Positions 28,695 through 41,742 of a stretch of DNA of 64,000 nucleotides are shown here, in pieces. The notes under the pieces are model-generated. The model did no database searches and was not told the origin of the DNA. It saw only the letters and a program-made list of their open reading frames with translations. How positions within the stretch are numbered: position 1 is the first letter of the stretch; every line of letters begins with the position of its first letter. The stretch is from Utricularia gibba (lineage: Eukaryota; Plantae; Magnoliophyta), in the NCBI GenBank assembly GCA_002189035.1, contig NEEC01000011.1:2728001-2792000 (forward strand), written 5' to 3'. The position numbers were made by a program, and so were the translations under genes.

Positions 28695-31600
28695 ATGGTG
28701 GAAGGAGGCGAGGTAGTGGCGGCATCATATAAGAAGAAACAGAAACATTCTAAGAAGTCGAAATCAGGAGGCTTTGAGTCGCTGGGACTGAGTCCCAACG
28801 TCTACAATGGCGTCAAGAAGAAGGGATACAGAGTACCGACGCCGATTCAGAGGAAGACGATGCCTTTGATTCTTGGAGGATGCGATGTGGTGGCGATGGC
28901 TCGAACTGGATCCGGTAAGACGGCAGCCTTCCTCATCCCCATGCTCCAGAAGCTTCAACATCACGTTCCCCAGGCTGGAGTTCGTGCACTTATTCTTTCT
29001 CCGACTCGTGATTTGGCTCTGCAGACTTTTAAATTTATGAAAGAACTTGGTCGTTTCACAGGTTCGTACTGTTCTGCTAATCATCTGCTTCTCTCGAGTT
29101 TTTTTTTTTTTTTTTTTGATGCAGTTTTCTGTGTGGAAAAAGCGTTTTTTTTTTCTCCCTTAAATGTAAGGCCTTTATTTTTCAGATATTCGTGCTAGTT
29201 TACTTGTTGGTGGTGATAGCATGGAAAGCCAGTTTGAAGAATTGGCCCAGAACCCTGATTGTATAATTGCTACTCCTGGTAGACTAATGCATCACTTGGA
29301 AGAAGTTGAAGACATGTCTTTGCGTACTGTGGAGTATGTTGTCTTTGATGAAGCCGACTGCTTATTTAGCATGGGTTTTGCGGAACAGTTGCACAGAATT
29401 CTTGCTCAGTTAGGTGAAAGTCGTCAAACTTTGCTGTTCAGTGCAACTTTACCAAGTGCACTGGCTGAATTTGCCAGAGCTGGACTCCGAGACCCTCAGC
29501 TTGTGAGACTGGATTTGGAGATGAAAATTAGCCCAGACTTGAAGCTCGTTTTTCTCACCTTAAGGCAGGAGGAAAAATATGCCGCATTATTGTATTTGAT
29601 AAGGGAACAGATCAGCTCTGATCAGCAAACGTTGGTTTTTGTTTCCACTAAGTATCATGTTGAATTTATTTCCTCCCTTTTGAAGGATGAAGGTATTGTC
29701 CCCTCACTATGCTATGGGGATATGGATCATGATGCCCGTATGATTCATGTATCACAATTTAGGGCTAGGAAAACTATGTTCCTCATTGTGACTGATGTGG
29801 CTGCCAGGGGGATTGACATTCCTCTACTTGATAATGTCATTAATTTTGACTATCCATGTAAACCTAAGTTGTTTGTCCATCGTGTGGGCAGAGCCGCAAG
29901 GGCAGGCCGCACTGGGACAGCATATTCTTTTGTGACATCAGAAGATATGCCTTACCTATTAGATCTTCATCTTTTCCTTTCCAAGCCAATCCGACATGCA
30001 CCCACTGAAGAAGAGCTGCAAAAAGATGTTGATGGTGTTATGGCTAAAATGGACCTAGCAATTGAGAATGGAGAAACTATATATGGTCGTCTTCCTCAGA
30101 GGGTAATAGATCTACTTTCAGATAGAGTTCGGGAAATCATTGACTCCTCTGCAGAGCTGGATGCTCTGCTGAAACCTTCTTTGAAAGCCTTTTCCTTGTA
30201 TGCAAAGACTAGAGAAAAGCCATCCGAGAGTCAGTTAAAAGAGCCAAGGACTTGCCACGTGAAGGTTTACATCCTATTTTCAGAGAGGTTGTAGGTGGTG
30301 ATGAATTATCTGCTTTAGCTTTTTCTGAACGCCTAAAAGCCTTTAGGTTCGTACTGCAAACTATGTTTAGTTGTTTGAATTTTGATTTGCAAAGACAAAT
30401 TTTAATTTCTCATGTTCCATCCCTTATTTATTATAATTTTAGGCCTAAACAAACCATCTTGGAAGCTGAAGGTGAGGCTGCAAAGTCAAAAAAACTGAAG
30501 GTATGATGGAGGCACAGCTTTCATTTTTCCAAGCCTGTATATAGCATAGCATATCCGAGATACAACATAGTTCGAGTATTGTTCTGTGAAGTGCAGTGAT
30601 GAGTTATAATTTCAGGGATCTTCTAGTAGCTGGGTTGATGTAATGCGAATGAAAAGAGCAGTTCACGAGGAAGTGATTGAAAAATACAATCAGCAGCGTG
30701 CCAAAGATAGTGTTGTTGAGGTATGTCTTTAGCAAATATGCTTTTCTCTTGTTTCATTTGTCTAGATATATGATTTTTTTTTTTTTGAATTCATATAGGA
30801 AAGAGAATCAGAAAATGAAACTTCTGAAGAAAATCGGAAAAAAGGAGGTTCGCGCCATTTTTCTGGAATCAAAAGGAAGGCACAAAATTTCAAAGACGAT
30901 GAGTATTTTATAAGTTCAGTGCCAACAAATCAGGTGAATTAACTTTGTAACTGTATATTGTCCATGCATTATCATTCAAGTGATGACGTACTCAGGTTTA
31001 TTCCATTTTCAGCATTTCGAAGCAGGGCTTTCTCTGAGATCCAACCAAGGTTTTGAATCAAACAGGTATGGATGCGTCTGGACAATGAAATTTTCATACT
31101 TACATTTCTCGAGATTGTTACCTTACATGAACTACTTAGCAGGCTGGAATCTGCTGTTCTTGATCTAAATGCTGATGATGGTCAAGGGTTGCATAAGCAG
31201 AAATCATCATATCATTGGGACAAGGTACAATTTACTGCGACTATTATGAATTTGAGAACGAAGACATAATTTGTATTTACAAGTAATTGTATTTGTCCAT
31301 ACAGAGGAGCAAAAAGTATGTCAAACTGAACAATGGAGATCGTGTGACTGCCAGCGGCAAGGTTACTCTCTTCTTCACTGCACAAAGTGTTCAAATCTCC
31401 TTCCCAGTCTCTATTTTATTTGCATTGTTTCCATTTAGCAATCCTCACAAGTTACAAGGGAACAGCATTAGACTCCTGTATACATATATACATACGGACC
31501 TTTATTTTTTCTTGTCGTTTCAGATAAAAACAGAAAGCGGTGCAAAATTGAAATCCCACAAAACCGGGATTTACAAGAAGTGGAAAGAGCGTACACACCA

Positions 31601-32018
31601 GAAGGTATCACTCAGAGCTGCGAATGACAGCAGTCTCGCTGAAGCTGATAGATCAGCAGGTAACATTTTGGATACCAACTGAAGAAGGCCAATTTCATCC
31701 ATCTGTTGCCATTGTTTCACCTATGGCATGCCATTTCATCTTTACATTCATTAGACATTTTTTTACATTGATTTGATGAGATATATTTTGTCCTCGAAAG
31801 GGTCTCGGGGTTTCCGTGGAGGTAGGGGAAGGTTCAAGGGTGGTAGAAGCCATCGATCAGTACCAAATGCGAATGTCCAGTCGGAACTCAAGGACATTGA
31901 ACAGGTTAGGAAGGAAAGACAGAAGAAAGCAAGCAGGGTTTCATACCTGAAGAACAGCAAAGCTAACAAGGGAAAGAGAGGGGGTAAAGGTGGCAAGAGA
32001 GGGAAGAATACAAGATAG
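28695..32018 (+). CDS. RH29: DEAD-box RNA helicase 29 (DDX54/Dbp10 orthologue); one-base frame break at ~30225
   Basis: Q-motif [53 protein letters not shown]-terminal DBP10CT-like region [11 protein letters not shown]...[10 protein letters not shown] and basic tail. Confidence 0.95.
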
Positions 32019-32447
32019 TGCTTCAACAAAATAGTTTTGTTCTGCAAGTTAAAAGTTGCTAACTCTATTCATACAGTGGCTTTCCAGGCAATCAAAAAAT
32101 TTTGTTTGAATTCATTGAGAAATCTCAGAGATTAACTCTGCCATCTTCAGCAGTTATTTTACTACCAAATGACAAGCTCAAGAACATACAGAGAGAAGAC
32201 AGTTAAGTCCGGACATTCCTCATAACTTAATTACCTAACACTGCAAAACCTCTTGAGTTTCACTATCCTTGAGTATCTGACACTCATGGCAGATAGCCTT
32301 GCTCTGAAAAAGGTCAAGTTTGATCATCCGATGAAGTTCGCTGCAATCACCTGCAATTGAGATATGGAATTTCCCTGAGCTGATTTTGTCCTTCCTTTTC
32401 TTGATCAGCACGGTTTGGAGCAGAAACAGATACTTTTATCAGCAGGG

Positions 32448-33945
32448 TTAGAACCAATTCGAAATATTGAAATCTCGGAGCTTCCTGAGATGCTTTTCCA
32501 TGTCATCTCTGGTCTTGTTCCACTCTTCCTTCTCTATCACCGTCGTTGGATCCTCTTGCTCGCTCTACACAACAATGCATGCACATGAATGAATGAATGA
32601 ATGATTAAGCCACGGCAATCAAAGCCTAAACAAATGGGATTTGAGCAGTCACCGCAGGAATGATTTTGAAGGAGTCCCCTTTATCACGAACAACCAGCAG
32701 ATCACCCTTCCTGTCTCGGTCTCTTCCTTCAGGAATAGTCACCTGCATCATCAAGAAATTCATAGTTTTATATGATGGTTAGCGGGCAAGAGGGTTACAA
32801 ATTTAATCAACTGTCAGACTTTGACATACCATAACTTTGGGTCTTGTGATAGACTTTGTTTTGGAATCGATTACATAAATCTCCTCAAAATCTAACATGA
32901 AATCTGGATCATCTGTACGACGATTTCTGTAGTGCTTAATGAGAAAAACCTGCCAAACAAAGCATTAATAAGAACAGACCTAGGACATAAAACAGTTTTA
33001 CAAATGTAAGCAGGGGCGTTGTGGGAGTACCTTCAAGATCTCCTTCTCAGACTTGTACATAGGGTCTCTAGGTGCGTCTATTGGTGGCTCCGTCACATTG
33101 TAGCATCCGTAATCGCTCTGTGCACATCGAATATACTGCAAAAAACATAGCAGAAGTGCTTAGCTTCCACATCATCCTTCTCATTAGCGGTTAAGAGAGC
33201 GATAGATAACTTGCCATCTTGCATAACCAGCATACCTTACTGGGCATTGGTGCAAGGACCTTTGGAATAGAATAGACATCGGTATCTGGAGGAGTAACAT
33301 ACATCTGCAACACAGAGTACAAAGGGGAAAAAGCTGCATTCACAATATAAAAAGGGATTGTTTTGCGGTAATTTCAAAACAATTTAATAAGTACCAAATC
33401 CGCGGTATTCTGCAGTGATAGCTGATGCTTAAAGGAAGTAAATTCAACCAAACAGTATGCAGGAATTTTGGGCAAAGCCTAACCTCCCGGAAATCATAGA
33501 CATCATTATCAGGATCAGGTGGTTTTCGGATGAAGAAGTCACAGTCCAAGAGCGAAATCTTGTGGAATTCATTCTCATTTATACGGTAATCCACTATTTT
33601 CTCCGGATCCCATCCTTTAGTAGAAACGAAGCTTTCGCTATTCACCATTGCAATATCATCGTCTCCAGCACCACCAGCAGCTTCCGCAGCCGTACCGTAA
33701 TCGACGTCGAAGTCCTTCTTATTGTCAGCCTCCTCGACCTCGTCCTCATCCATGTCGTAGTCGTCGGGGCCGCCGCCATCAGCATCTCCATCGTCGGCCC
33801 AGACCCTGAAGTCTGGTCTCGAATCCCGAGTTAGACAGGCATACCGGACACCGCACGGTCTCCTCGGTCGACATACTAAAACCCGGCGGCAGTTCGCCGG
33901 CCGCACGAAAAAACACGGCGACCACAGAACGGCAGCGGCGTTCAT
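32448..33945 (-). CDS. PTAC6: Plastid transcriptionally active chromosome 6 (PAP8), PEP-associated protein
   Basis: Transit peptide, acidic DDGDADGGGPDDYDMDEDE, FHKISLLDCDFFIRKPPDPDNDVYDFRE/MYVTPPDTDVYSIP, SDYGCYNVTEPPIDAPRDP, ending EKHLRKLRDFNISNWF*. Confidence 0.93.
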
Positions 33946-34513
33946 CGCCGGTAAACAAGTGGCTGAACACAAAAAATGGAGGGAGTACAGCAGGATGACA
34001 CACAGGAGAAAACCAGCCAAAAGTGAAATTTTCATAATCTTTGGGGAGTAAACAGAAATTCCTTACAGTAATTGGGCTTTTGGGCCCGAATCCATTAGAC
34101 ATAATACCAGGGCTTGTACTTTTGGAAACAAGTGCTGTACGCTGATTAGGCCTCTTATAAGAATTGTTGAGTTTGATGAAATTAAGCTTGAGATTCTCGG
34201 GTGTTCTTCCCTCGCATGTTCTGGGAAAGCAGGTATTTTTTTACTGTATGCTTTATCAGCTTACGTTTATGGGAAAATGGTTCGCATTCCAATTTGAGTG
34301 GTGCAGCAATTTGTTTATTCGGTTGATTGGTATACGAGTTTTGGGAAGATTTAGAGTACCTAGTCGTACTTCGAATGTTCAATGTTGCTCTGAAGAAAAA
34401 GTGTAGTCCTTCTTTAATTTTTGTCAATACTACTTTCTTCGGTGAGGAGTGGGGTTGTTGTTTCTTTGTTTACCCTGCTGATGTTGGGATTGGTTTTGTT
34501 TGATTATCCAGCT

Positions 34514-37510
34514 ATGGATGCCCAGACAGTTGAGCCCGTTCCTCCTGGAACCCAATTCCAGAAAAGTTCGTTACCATTTTCTTCTTCTGAGGAAGGAATT
34601 TCCAATAGTTCGCATTTGAAGTATCAGGGAAGTAATGGTATTGAAGCTGCTGCCCAGAAGGCTGTGCTGCAAGAGCAAGTATTTCCTTTTAATGTGGCTG
34701 TTGTATCTTTATTATATGAGCTTCGTGTATCTAATGAGTTTTCAATCCGATTCAGGAAATTGCTACTCAGATTGTTATCAAGAGTCAGAGGTTTGTACTA
34801 GTTTTGGCTGTAAAATTAGGTTTAGATTTTGAATTGCTAATTATGCATTTGTATAGTTGATTTTTTTTTTTTTTTGAAATTAGGGAGTCCAATTCTTCGG
34901 GTGGATCTTTTGATGATAGTAGAGATATTTTAGCTGGGCGACATGACCCAAATGCTCTCAAGGTATTCTTTCAGCTCTTTTTTGCAATTTTTTCAGTGTG
35001 TATGTATCATCTGGTTGATTTACTAGGAGCATCTTCTGAGGATGGCCACACACCATCGAGCTGAAATGGCTGTAAAACGTGGAAAGCCAGCCTCTATGGA
35101 GGAAGGTTGGAATGCTACCTGAACTTTGTCTGTATCATGTTTTTTGCACGTGTGCTTTTATTCACAGTTCTACAGATGTCAGATGGCCGCCATCTGTCCT
35201 TTAGACATTATCAATCAGTTTTTTTAATCCTTTTTTGTAGAAATGATCTGATTTCATCATTTTTCCAGGCAACTTGGAGATTGGAAATGGGTATGGTGTG
35301 CCAGGAGGGGGAGCTTATTACGGTTCTTCAATACCTTGCACTGCTCATGGTACAGAGCAATAATCAGTGGTTTTGATTCTTCAGCTTTTTAATATGTGCG
35401 TCGAATTGAGAGTTTATTTTCCCTGAACGTTTTAGATAGAAAAGAGCATGATGGTGACAAAATGAGCAATACGAATCCTGATCTTACTGGTGATATGGGT
35501 CACAATTCAGCGTCCAATGGCTTACCTGATTATCTTAAAAAGAAGTTAAAAGCAAGAGGTATTCTGAAAGATGATAACAACGGAGACAAAACCCCTCTAT
35601 CAGGCAATGTTAGTTGCATTCTTGGATTCTTAATTTAATTTCTTTGATTTTGACCACGTTTATGTTCTCTACATTCTCATTTCCTTTTGGGTTCAATGTA
35701 ATATTGGGTTTTTTGTCATGGATCCCAGGTGTTGGACACTCAATCTGCACAGTCTACGCCATCTGGAAATCTACCACCAGGATGGGTGAGACATTCTCAT
35801 ATTGTAGTTAATCTTGTAGTTCCGTGGCATACATGTAGTTAGCATATTTGATTAACTATCCATACCTGAATGTGCAATGCAAAGCATTTCATGACATCAA
35901 ATTTCATTAAATGCATTACCTGCTCGCTTATCATATCATGAAATCTGTTCTCAGATTGAAACAAGAGACCCTGAAAGTGGTGTATTATTTTACTATAATG
36001 AGAGACTGGGAGTAAGTCAGTGGCAGAAACCTGTTGATGCAGCTTCTCATGTTGTATCGGCCTCTTCAGCTTTTCGGGGTGATTGGATAGAGTCAGTTGA
36101 TGTAACAACAGGTAGATAGATGTCTTTGATTTTCAAATACTGATGTATAAGATCTTTTTTTATGAAGCTATTGGTTTACCCTTTAGTGATTTACACTTAC
36201 TGACATGTCTTCCCAGTATATATTGTTGACTAGGAAAATTGCAGTCCACTTATTTGGAATTATATATATCATCTATTCGGAGTAACTCAACAATTGCTGC
36301 TTGACTGATGTATGCATTCATTTATTCCAGGCGTTAAATACTACTACAACACTAAGACGAATGTGTCACAGTGGGAGAATCCTTTTCCACAGCAGCAGCA
36401 ATCTCAGCAGCATGCCAGAATAGCCCCCCAGGTTATAGCAAAAGAGAATCTTTACCAGGGAAACTTACCGAAATGCAAAGGATGCGGTGGCTGGGGAGTA
36501 GGCCTTATACAGTCGTGGGGATACTGCAAGCATTGCACCCGGTAGTGTGTTCATGCATTGCATTTCGTATTCTTTTACTGTGATGTGAATTCAATAATGC
36601 GCACAAGCTACTCTGGTCTCGTGTCTCTTTAAATGTCTTGCATATTTTGTCCTCTTCTGTGTGGTGAAGCAAATGCCTGTTTGTTGTTGTACAGCGTTAA
36701 GAATCTTCCAGAAGTTCAGTATCTTTCTGTCTTAGAAGATGCTACAAGGAAGTCTTCCAACAAGAGGTATAAGTGTTTGCCAAATACATGCGCCAATAAT
36801 ATAACCTAACCTAATTGACTGACCTGCACAGGTCTGATAAGAAACCACCATCTGGGGGCCATAAGGAGCGTAAGAAGCGGACGTACAACCAGGAGGATGA
36901 CTTAGACCCTATGGATCCAAGCTCCTATTCGGATGCACCACGTGGTGGATGGTAAGCTGCTCTTTCAAGTTACAGCAGTTTTCACTACCTAAAAAATGAT
37001 GTTGACAAAAGGTGCATGCATATACAGGGTGGTTGGCCTCAAAGGAGTACAGCCAAGAGCAGCTGATACTACTGCCACTGTAAGTTTTCCCCTGCCGAAT
37101 GCTTGCACATAGAAAATGAAACAGATGAGCCACGGCGGCTCTAGCCCAAATTTTCCAATGCAGATTCATCCAAAAACTGCAGAAACCTGTTTTATTTTGC
37201 ATGATCCTGCATTGGAAAATATTTGCATGACCCTTGAGTAAACAAGTTACCAAATATTTTCTGCTTGTGCGATGTGGGAATCATTGTTCTTTTGCAAACA
37301 CTGGCATGAATGACTGATAAGACTCTCATGCTTGTACTGGAATGGCAGGGTCCACTCTTCCAGCAGCGACCCTACCCATCACCCGGTGCGGTGCTCAGGA
37401 AGAACGCAGAGATTGCTTCCTCCACGAAGAAGAAAAACAGCAGCAGCTCCTCCTACGCTCCAATCTCCAAGAGAGGGGACGGCAGTGATGGCCTGGGCGA
37501 AGCTGACTGA
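34514..37510 (+). CDS. WW-domain protein, polyglutamine-binding protein 1 (PQBP1/Npw38) homologue
   Basis: [42 protein letters not shown] exons ([15 protein letters not shown]), [21 protein letters not shown], and the PQBP1 signature [16 protein letters not shown]...[25 protein letters not shown]. Confidence 0.92.
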
Positions 37511-38226
37511 TTCCCAAGGCACCAACCAGGTGTTGTTGTATATGCTTCAGCAAGGAAAACCATTGTAACAGTTTGAGCTTAAAGACCAACCTACCAAGTT
37601 CACGTGCTATGTTTCGCTTTGTTAAGGATAGGTAGCTGACACCTCATTATAAAGAGCTTCCTTGTCATAATCTTTAAAAGCGCAAAAAGGGAGCTTTTGA
37701 AAGCAACGCTTATGGACATAAATCTTTTCATCTTTTATTTATTTATTTATTTATATACACATGTGTGTCAATAAATTTACAAATGGTTCCAAAAAGGAAA
37801 AAGAAGCACATTATGGGGCCAGAACATTTTAAAGGCAGCCCCCCATGTATTAAGAATTTGCATCTAGCCCCCTTAACTTTCCCTTTTTTTTACATACAAA
37901 CGGGATTAATTATGAAATAAAAGCAGTATTTGAAATGGGACTAGAATTAGATATTTATAAATGAAAATAATATTTTCAAAAAAAATAAATATTTGTGAAT
38001 ATTGCAGTTGTAAATTAGTTTCGTTTATCTATCTACAAGCTCCGGCGGTTCAGTCGGGTAAGGAAACCGAGACGGTTGTTGATTTGAAAAAGCTTTTGTT
38101 CATAAAGGCACATGAACCGCGAACCCGGTTCAACCCGGGCAAACAGATCTCGATCAAGGATCACGTACGTGCTATATATAGTATATTCATTATGCTGTAC
38201 TGCACGACTCCGGTTCAGTGGGCGGG

Positions 38227-38467
38227 TCAGTTGGGCCCCAGCAGCTCAAGTACATGACAGTGCGAAGCGACTCCTCGGCGGCTCTCATCCTCTCCGCCAA
38301 CTCCGCCGGCTTCTTCCCCTCTCCGGCGCAGGAGACCCTCACACTCCCGGAGGGCTCCTTAAACCGGAGAAAAGCCGACTCCGACTTGGACGCCGCGGGT
38401 CTGATCCCCTGCGGGTTCCTCATCTCTCCCCGTGGACCACCCTCGCCACATGGCGCGTGCTCATCAT
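38227..38467 (-). CDS. Wound-responsive/hypoxia-induced small protein (DUF3774 family); two one-base frame breaks
   Basis: Signature AEESLRTVMYLSCWGP. Adding one G at 38428-38431 joins MMSTRHVARVVHG to MRNPQGIR, and adding one C (minus strand) at 38233-38235 restores the family ending CWGPN*. TATA at ~38573-38581. Confidence 0.85.
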
Positions 38468-38639
38468 CTGTGATGGATCAATCAATGAAGAAGAAAGCGA
38501 TTATCTCTGCGGCGGCGCTCCTTTCTTTTCTTTCTTTCTTTCTTTTTCTCGGGAGCGAGGGGGCGTCCCTGCGTATATATAATGCGAAGGAAGAACGGAA
38601 ACGGGGGGTCTGGGAAACTGGTGGGTGGCCTCCCGAGAA

Positions 38640-38732
38640 AAACCAGTGGCTGAGGAGGGGAACCCACGTCCCCGGTGGAGATAACTCAACCATGGTTGGG
38701 TTGGGTTGGGTCGTGACAGCGAAACCAGGGGC
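38640..38732 (+). promoter_or_regulatory. Hypoxia-responsive promoter elements (HRPE) upstream of the wound-responsive gene
   Basis: AAACCAGGGGC at 38722-38732 matches AAACCA(G/C)(G/C)(G/C)GC exactly. AAACCAGTGGC at 38640-38650 has one mismatch. Confidence 0.6.
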
Positions 38733-39210
38733 TCTTCTATTTGGGTTCCCATGGTATTGGTATTCCATTCCCCTGATCCGCCTTCTTCCGTCGCCATCCG
38801 CAGATAGCCAGATAGCAGATAGCTGGGTTTGTTATGCTATTTGGAGGTACGGACATTCAAACCCTTGGTCTTTTTCCTTTTTTTAATATATTTTTACTGT
38901 TGTACGGTAAACAGCCTTCTTTTTTTAATCAATTTTACCTCAAGTGGATAGAAGGATGACTGGAATGAAAGGATCATTTACATTTTATATTGAAATAAAA
39001 AATAATATCTAAATTGATATTTTTTATCAATAATATTTTATTTTTAACAAAAACATGAGGAATAGATTCTATGCTTTTTTCACACATGGAAAATGCAATC
39101 ACGTGTACTTGGTTAACCTTATCTATAGTGGATATTACATTATTTGGGTGATTTAGGAATATGATCACTAAATTTTAACTATATGAGAAAACTGGCAACT
39201 AGTCACCTTC

Positions 39211-39463
39211 AGTCCTTGTTTGCTATGAGGATATAAGGTTGGTTTATGATAATTTTAATAAAATTGTATTGTTTGGTATGTTAATATAATTATACTTTAT
39301 ATATGAGTATAATAATCATTATATCCATATAATACATTCATATATAGTTATATGTATACCCAATGAGAGTTATATGTATTTTTATACCCACATATTTGAG
39401 TTTAGCTAAACCCAAATAATTTAAATCTCTCAATATCTAAAACACATCAATCAAACAAGGTCT
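39211..39463. mobile_element. Degenerate Tourist/PIF-Harbinger-like MITE
   Basis: Imperfect TIRs AGTCCTTGTTTGCT (39211-39224) and ATCAAACAAGGTCT (39450-39463; reverse complement AGACCTTGTTTGAT, 12/14 identical) around an AT-rich non-coding core. No clear TSD. Confidence 0.4.
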
Positions 39464-40233
39464 CCGTGTTAAATTTTTAACGTATTGTATATAATAGAAG
39501 GTGAGGATGGTCATTTTTCTAAATGACCCTACATTATTTACTACTGGTCATATTGAATTTCAACATTAAGTTCTCTCATTGAATATTCTGAATCTCGCAT
39601 ATCTTATTTTCCTCCCCTTGTCATAAGTCATACAAAACATTCATTTTTACTAATGAAAACTTTTCAATTTGTATCAATATTCATTTGAATTGATCATTTT
39701 TATCACACATGCAAATGATATGAGTGGATCTCCATCATAGAACATGAGTGATATTGTATGAAAAGTGTTGTTGTTCTATATTTTCAACTATTAAAAAAAG
39801 TGGGCCATGATATGAGAAGAAAACAAAGATGATGGGATTATCTTGTGAAGAATTGAAGAAATTTGGTGGTTTCGTAAGGTTCAATGGATTCATGCACGTC
39901 GCTAATTAGATGTTTGGCGAACATGATAATCGAGTCTACACCTATGAGTTAGCCATCAATTTTTTGTTGTGTCACGCTAAATTATTAATCATAGTATAGT
40001 CCAAGGAAGTGGATAGGTTTATTTATTTATTATTTATTATGAAGTGTGGAATTTTCGTGTTCTACAAAAGAAACAATGAATTGGGCTTGGAAGAATTGGG
40101 CCGGAGGCTACAAACTAATCACTGGATGGCGTTTTGGGCTGGGTATGAATAAGGCTCAATTACCTGATGGCCCACCTTATCTACTTGTATTGATTCTCTC
40201 AGTCTTTCTCACCGTCCAGTGTCCATCCCGGAA

Positions 40234-41742
40234 ATGGCCGCCGTAAACCTCTCGGCGCTGCTTCCTAAAACCCTGTCGATTCGTCCAAAAACTCGTGTTT
40301 TTCGTTCAGAGTTGTCGAATTCGGCGCTGTTATTCCGTCTCGGAGCGTTTTGGCGCCCACACAGATCATTGGCTTCTAGTCTGGCGGTGGTCAAGGCTGT
40401 CATTGATGGGGAGTATTCATCCAGGAGGAGTTCCGGGGGTGAGGAAAGGGAGACGATAATGCTTCCTGGTTGTGACTATAACCATTGGCTAATCGTTATG
40501 GAGTTTCCTAAAGACCCTGCTCCAACTAGAGAACAGATGATCGATACTTACCTCAACACACTTGCAACTGTTCTTGGCAGGTTTCACTCTTTCCTGGACA
40601 TGCGTGGTTCTTTCGCTGTCTTCTTTCCTGGGGTTGAGAATTTGAGTGCGCTTTCTGTCGTAGATTCATTTGCCTCATGTAATTGATATGGGCAACGCAG
40701 ATTTGATAATGATGCGAAATTTTTGTTTGGTCGTTATCACATCGATCGGTTACTGGAATTGCCATGATTTTTAAGTGTTTCTTAGCTGCTATTTATATTC
40801 TCTCATTGACCTTAGAGATGGTCTTGTTTTCTTCTACAGCATGGAAGAGGCGAAAAAGAATATGTATGCGTTCAGCACAACAGTGTACACTGGTTTCCAG
40901 TGCACTGTTTCAGAGGAAACATCCGAGAAATTCAAGGGTAAGCTCGGGCTTTTTGTGACTGATGATCCTTTCGAAGCAATTTTTGTAACGCCAGATCACT
41001 TTTGGTTCTCCCTTTTGAAGCAGTCACTGTTTTTGCTTCTAGGCCTTCCAGGGGTGCTGTGGGTCCTTCCAGATTCATATATCGATGTAAAGAACAAGGA
41101 CTACGGAGGTTTGTCATTTATTTCTGGATAAAGTTTGTTTCATCGTTGAACGTTTGCCGAAGTTAGAATTAGACCAGAAGGGTTTGAAACGAAGTCTTGG
41201 ATCCATAAATGGACGATCGTCTATTGCTCAGTATGAATTGATGGAACAATTAGTTCCCTTGGCTGGTAAACTATGTCACGGAACTGGATGAATGGTTATC
41301 CTTGATGCCCTTCCGAGCAATGAATTGGACCCTCATCTTGTTGAAGTCAGGTGGTTCCCCTTAGTGTTACTTGATCCAAGAACTTAACTCCTCTCGAATT
41401 CTTGAGGAATCGTTGACTCTTCAAGGATTCTTGAGGAATCCTTGACCCTTGACCACAACTCCTTGAAATTAGAAGTTTTGCTTATCTTTTTTGTTATTAT
41501 ACTTTTTCCCTGAAGTTCATGCTATCTGCAACTGGTTTTAAAGCATTCTCTGTGCTTCAGGAGATAAGTACATCAATGGAGAGATTATTCCTTCCCAGCA
41601 CCCAAGATACGATCCAAATCAGGAAAGAAGAGGGTCCAAATACAAAAGCAAGGCATATGTTAGACAGAGAGACGGCCCTCCATCTGACCGAAAACGGCCT
41701 GTTCAAAGACAAGAACCTTCTCCAGAATCTGCTACTCAGTGA
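40234..41742 (+). CDS. MORF9: Multiple organellar RNA editing factor 9, chloroplastic
   Basis: [103 protein letters not shown]. Confidence 0.96.

Noticed and set aside
32340-32440. Possible 3' UTR intron of pTAC6 or RH29
   Set aside because: Splice-like signals occur on both strands and cannot be resolved without RNA data.
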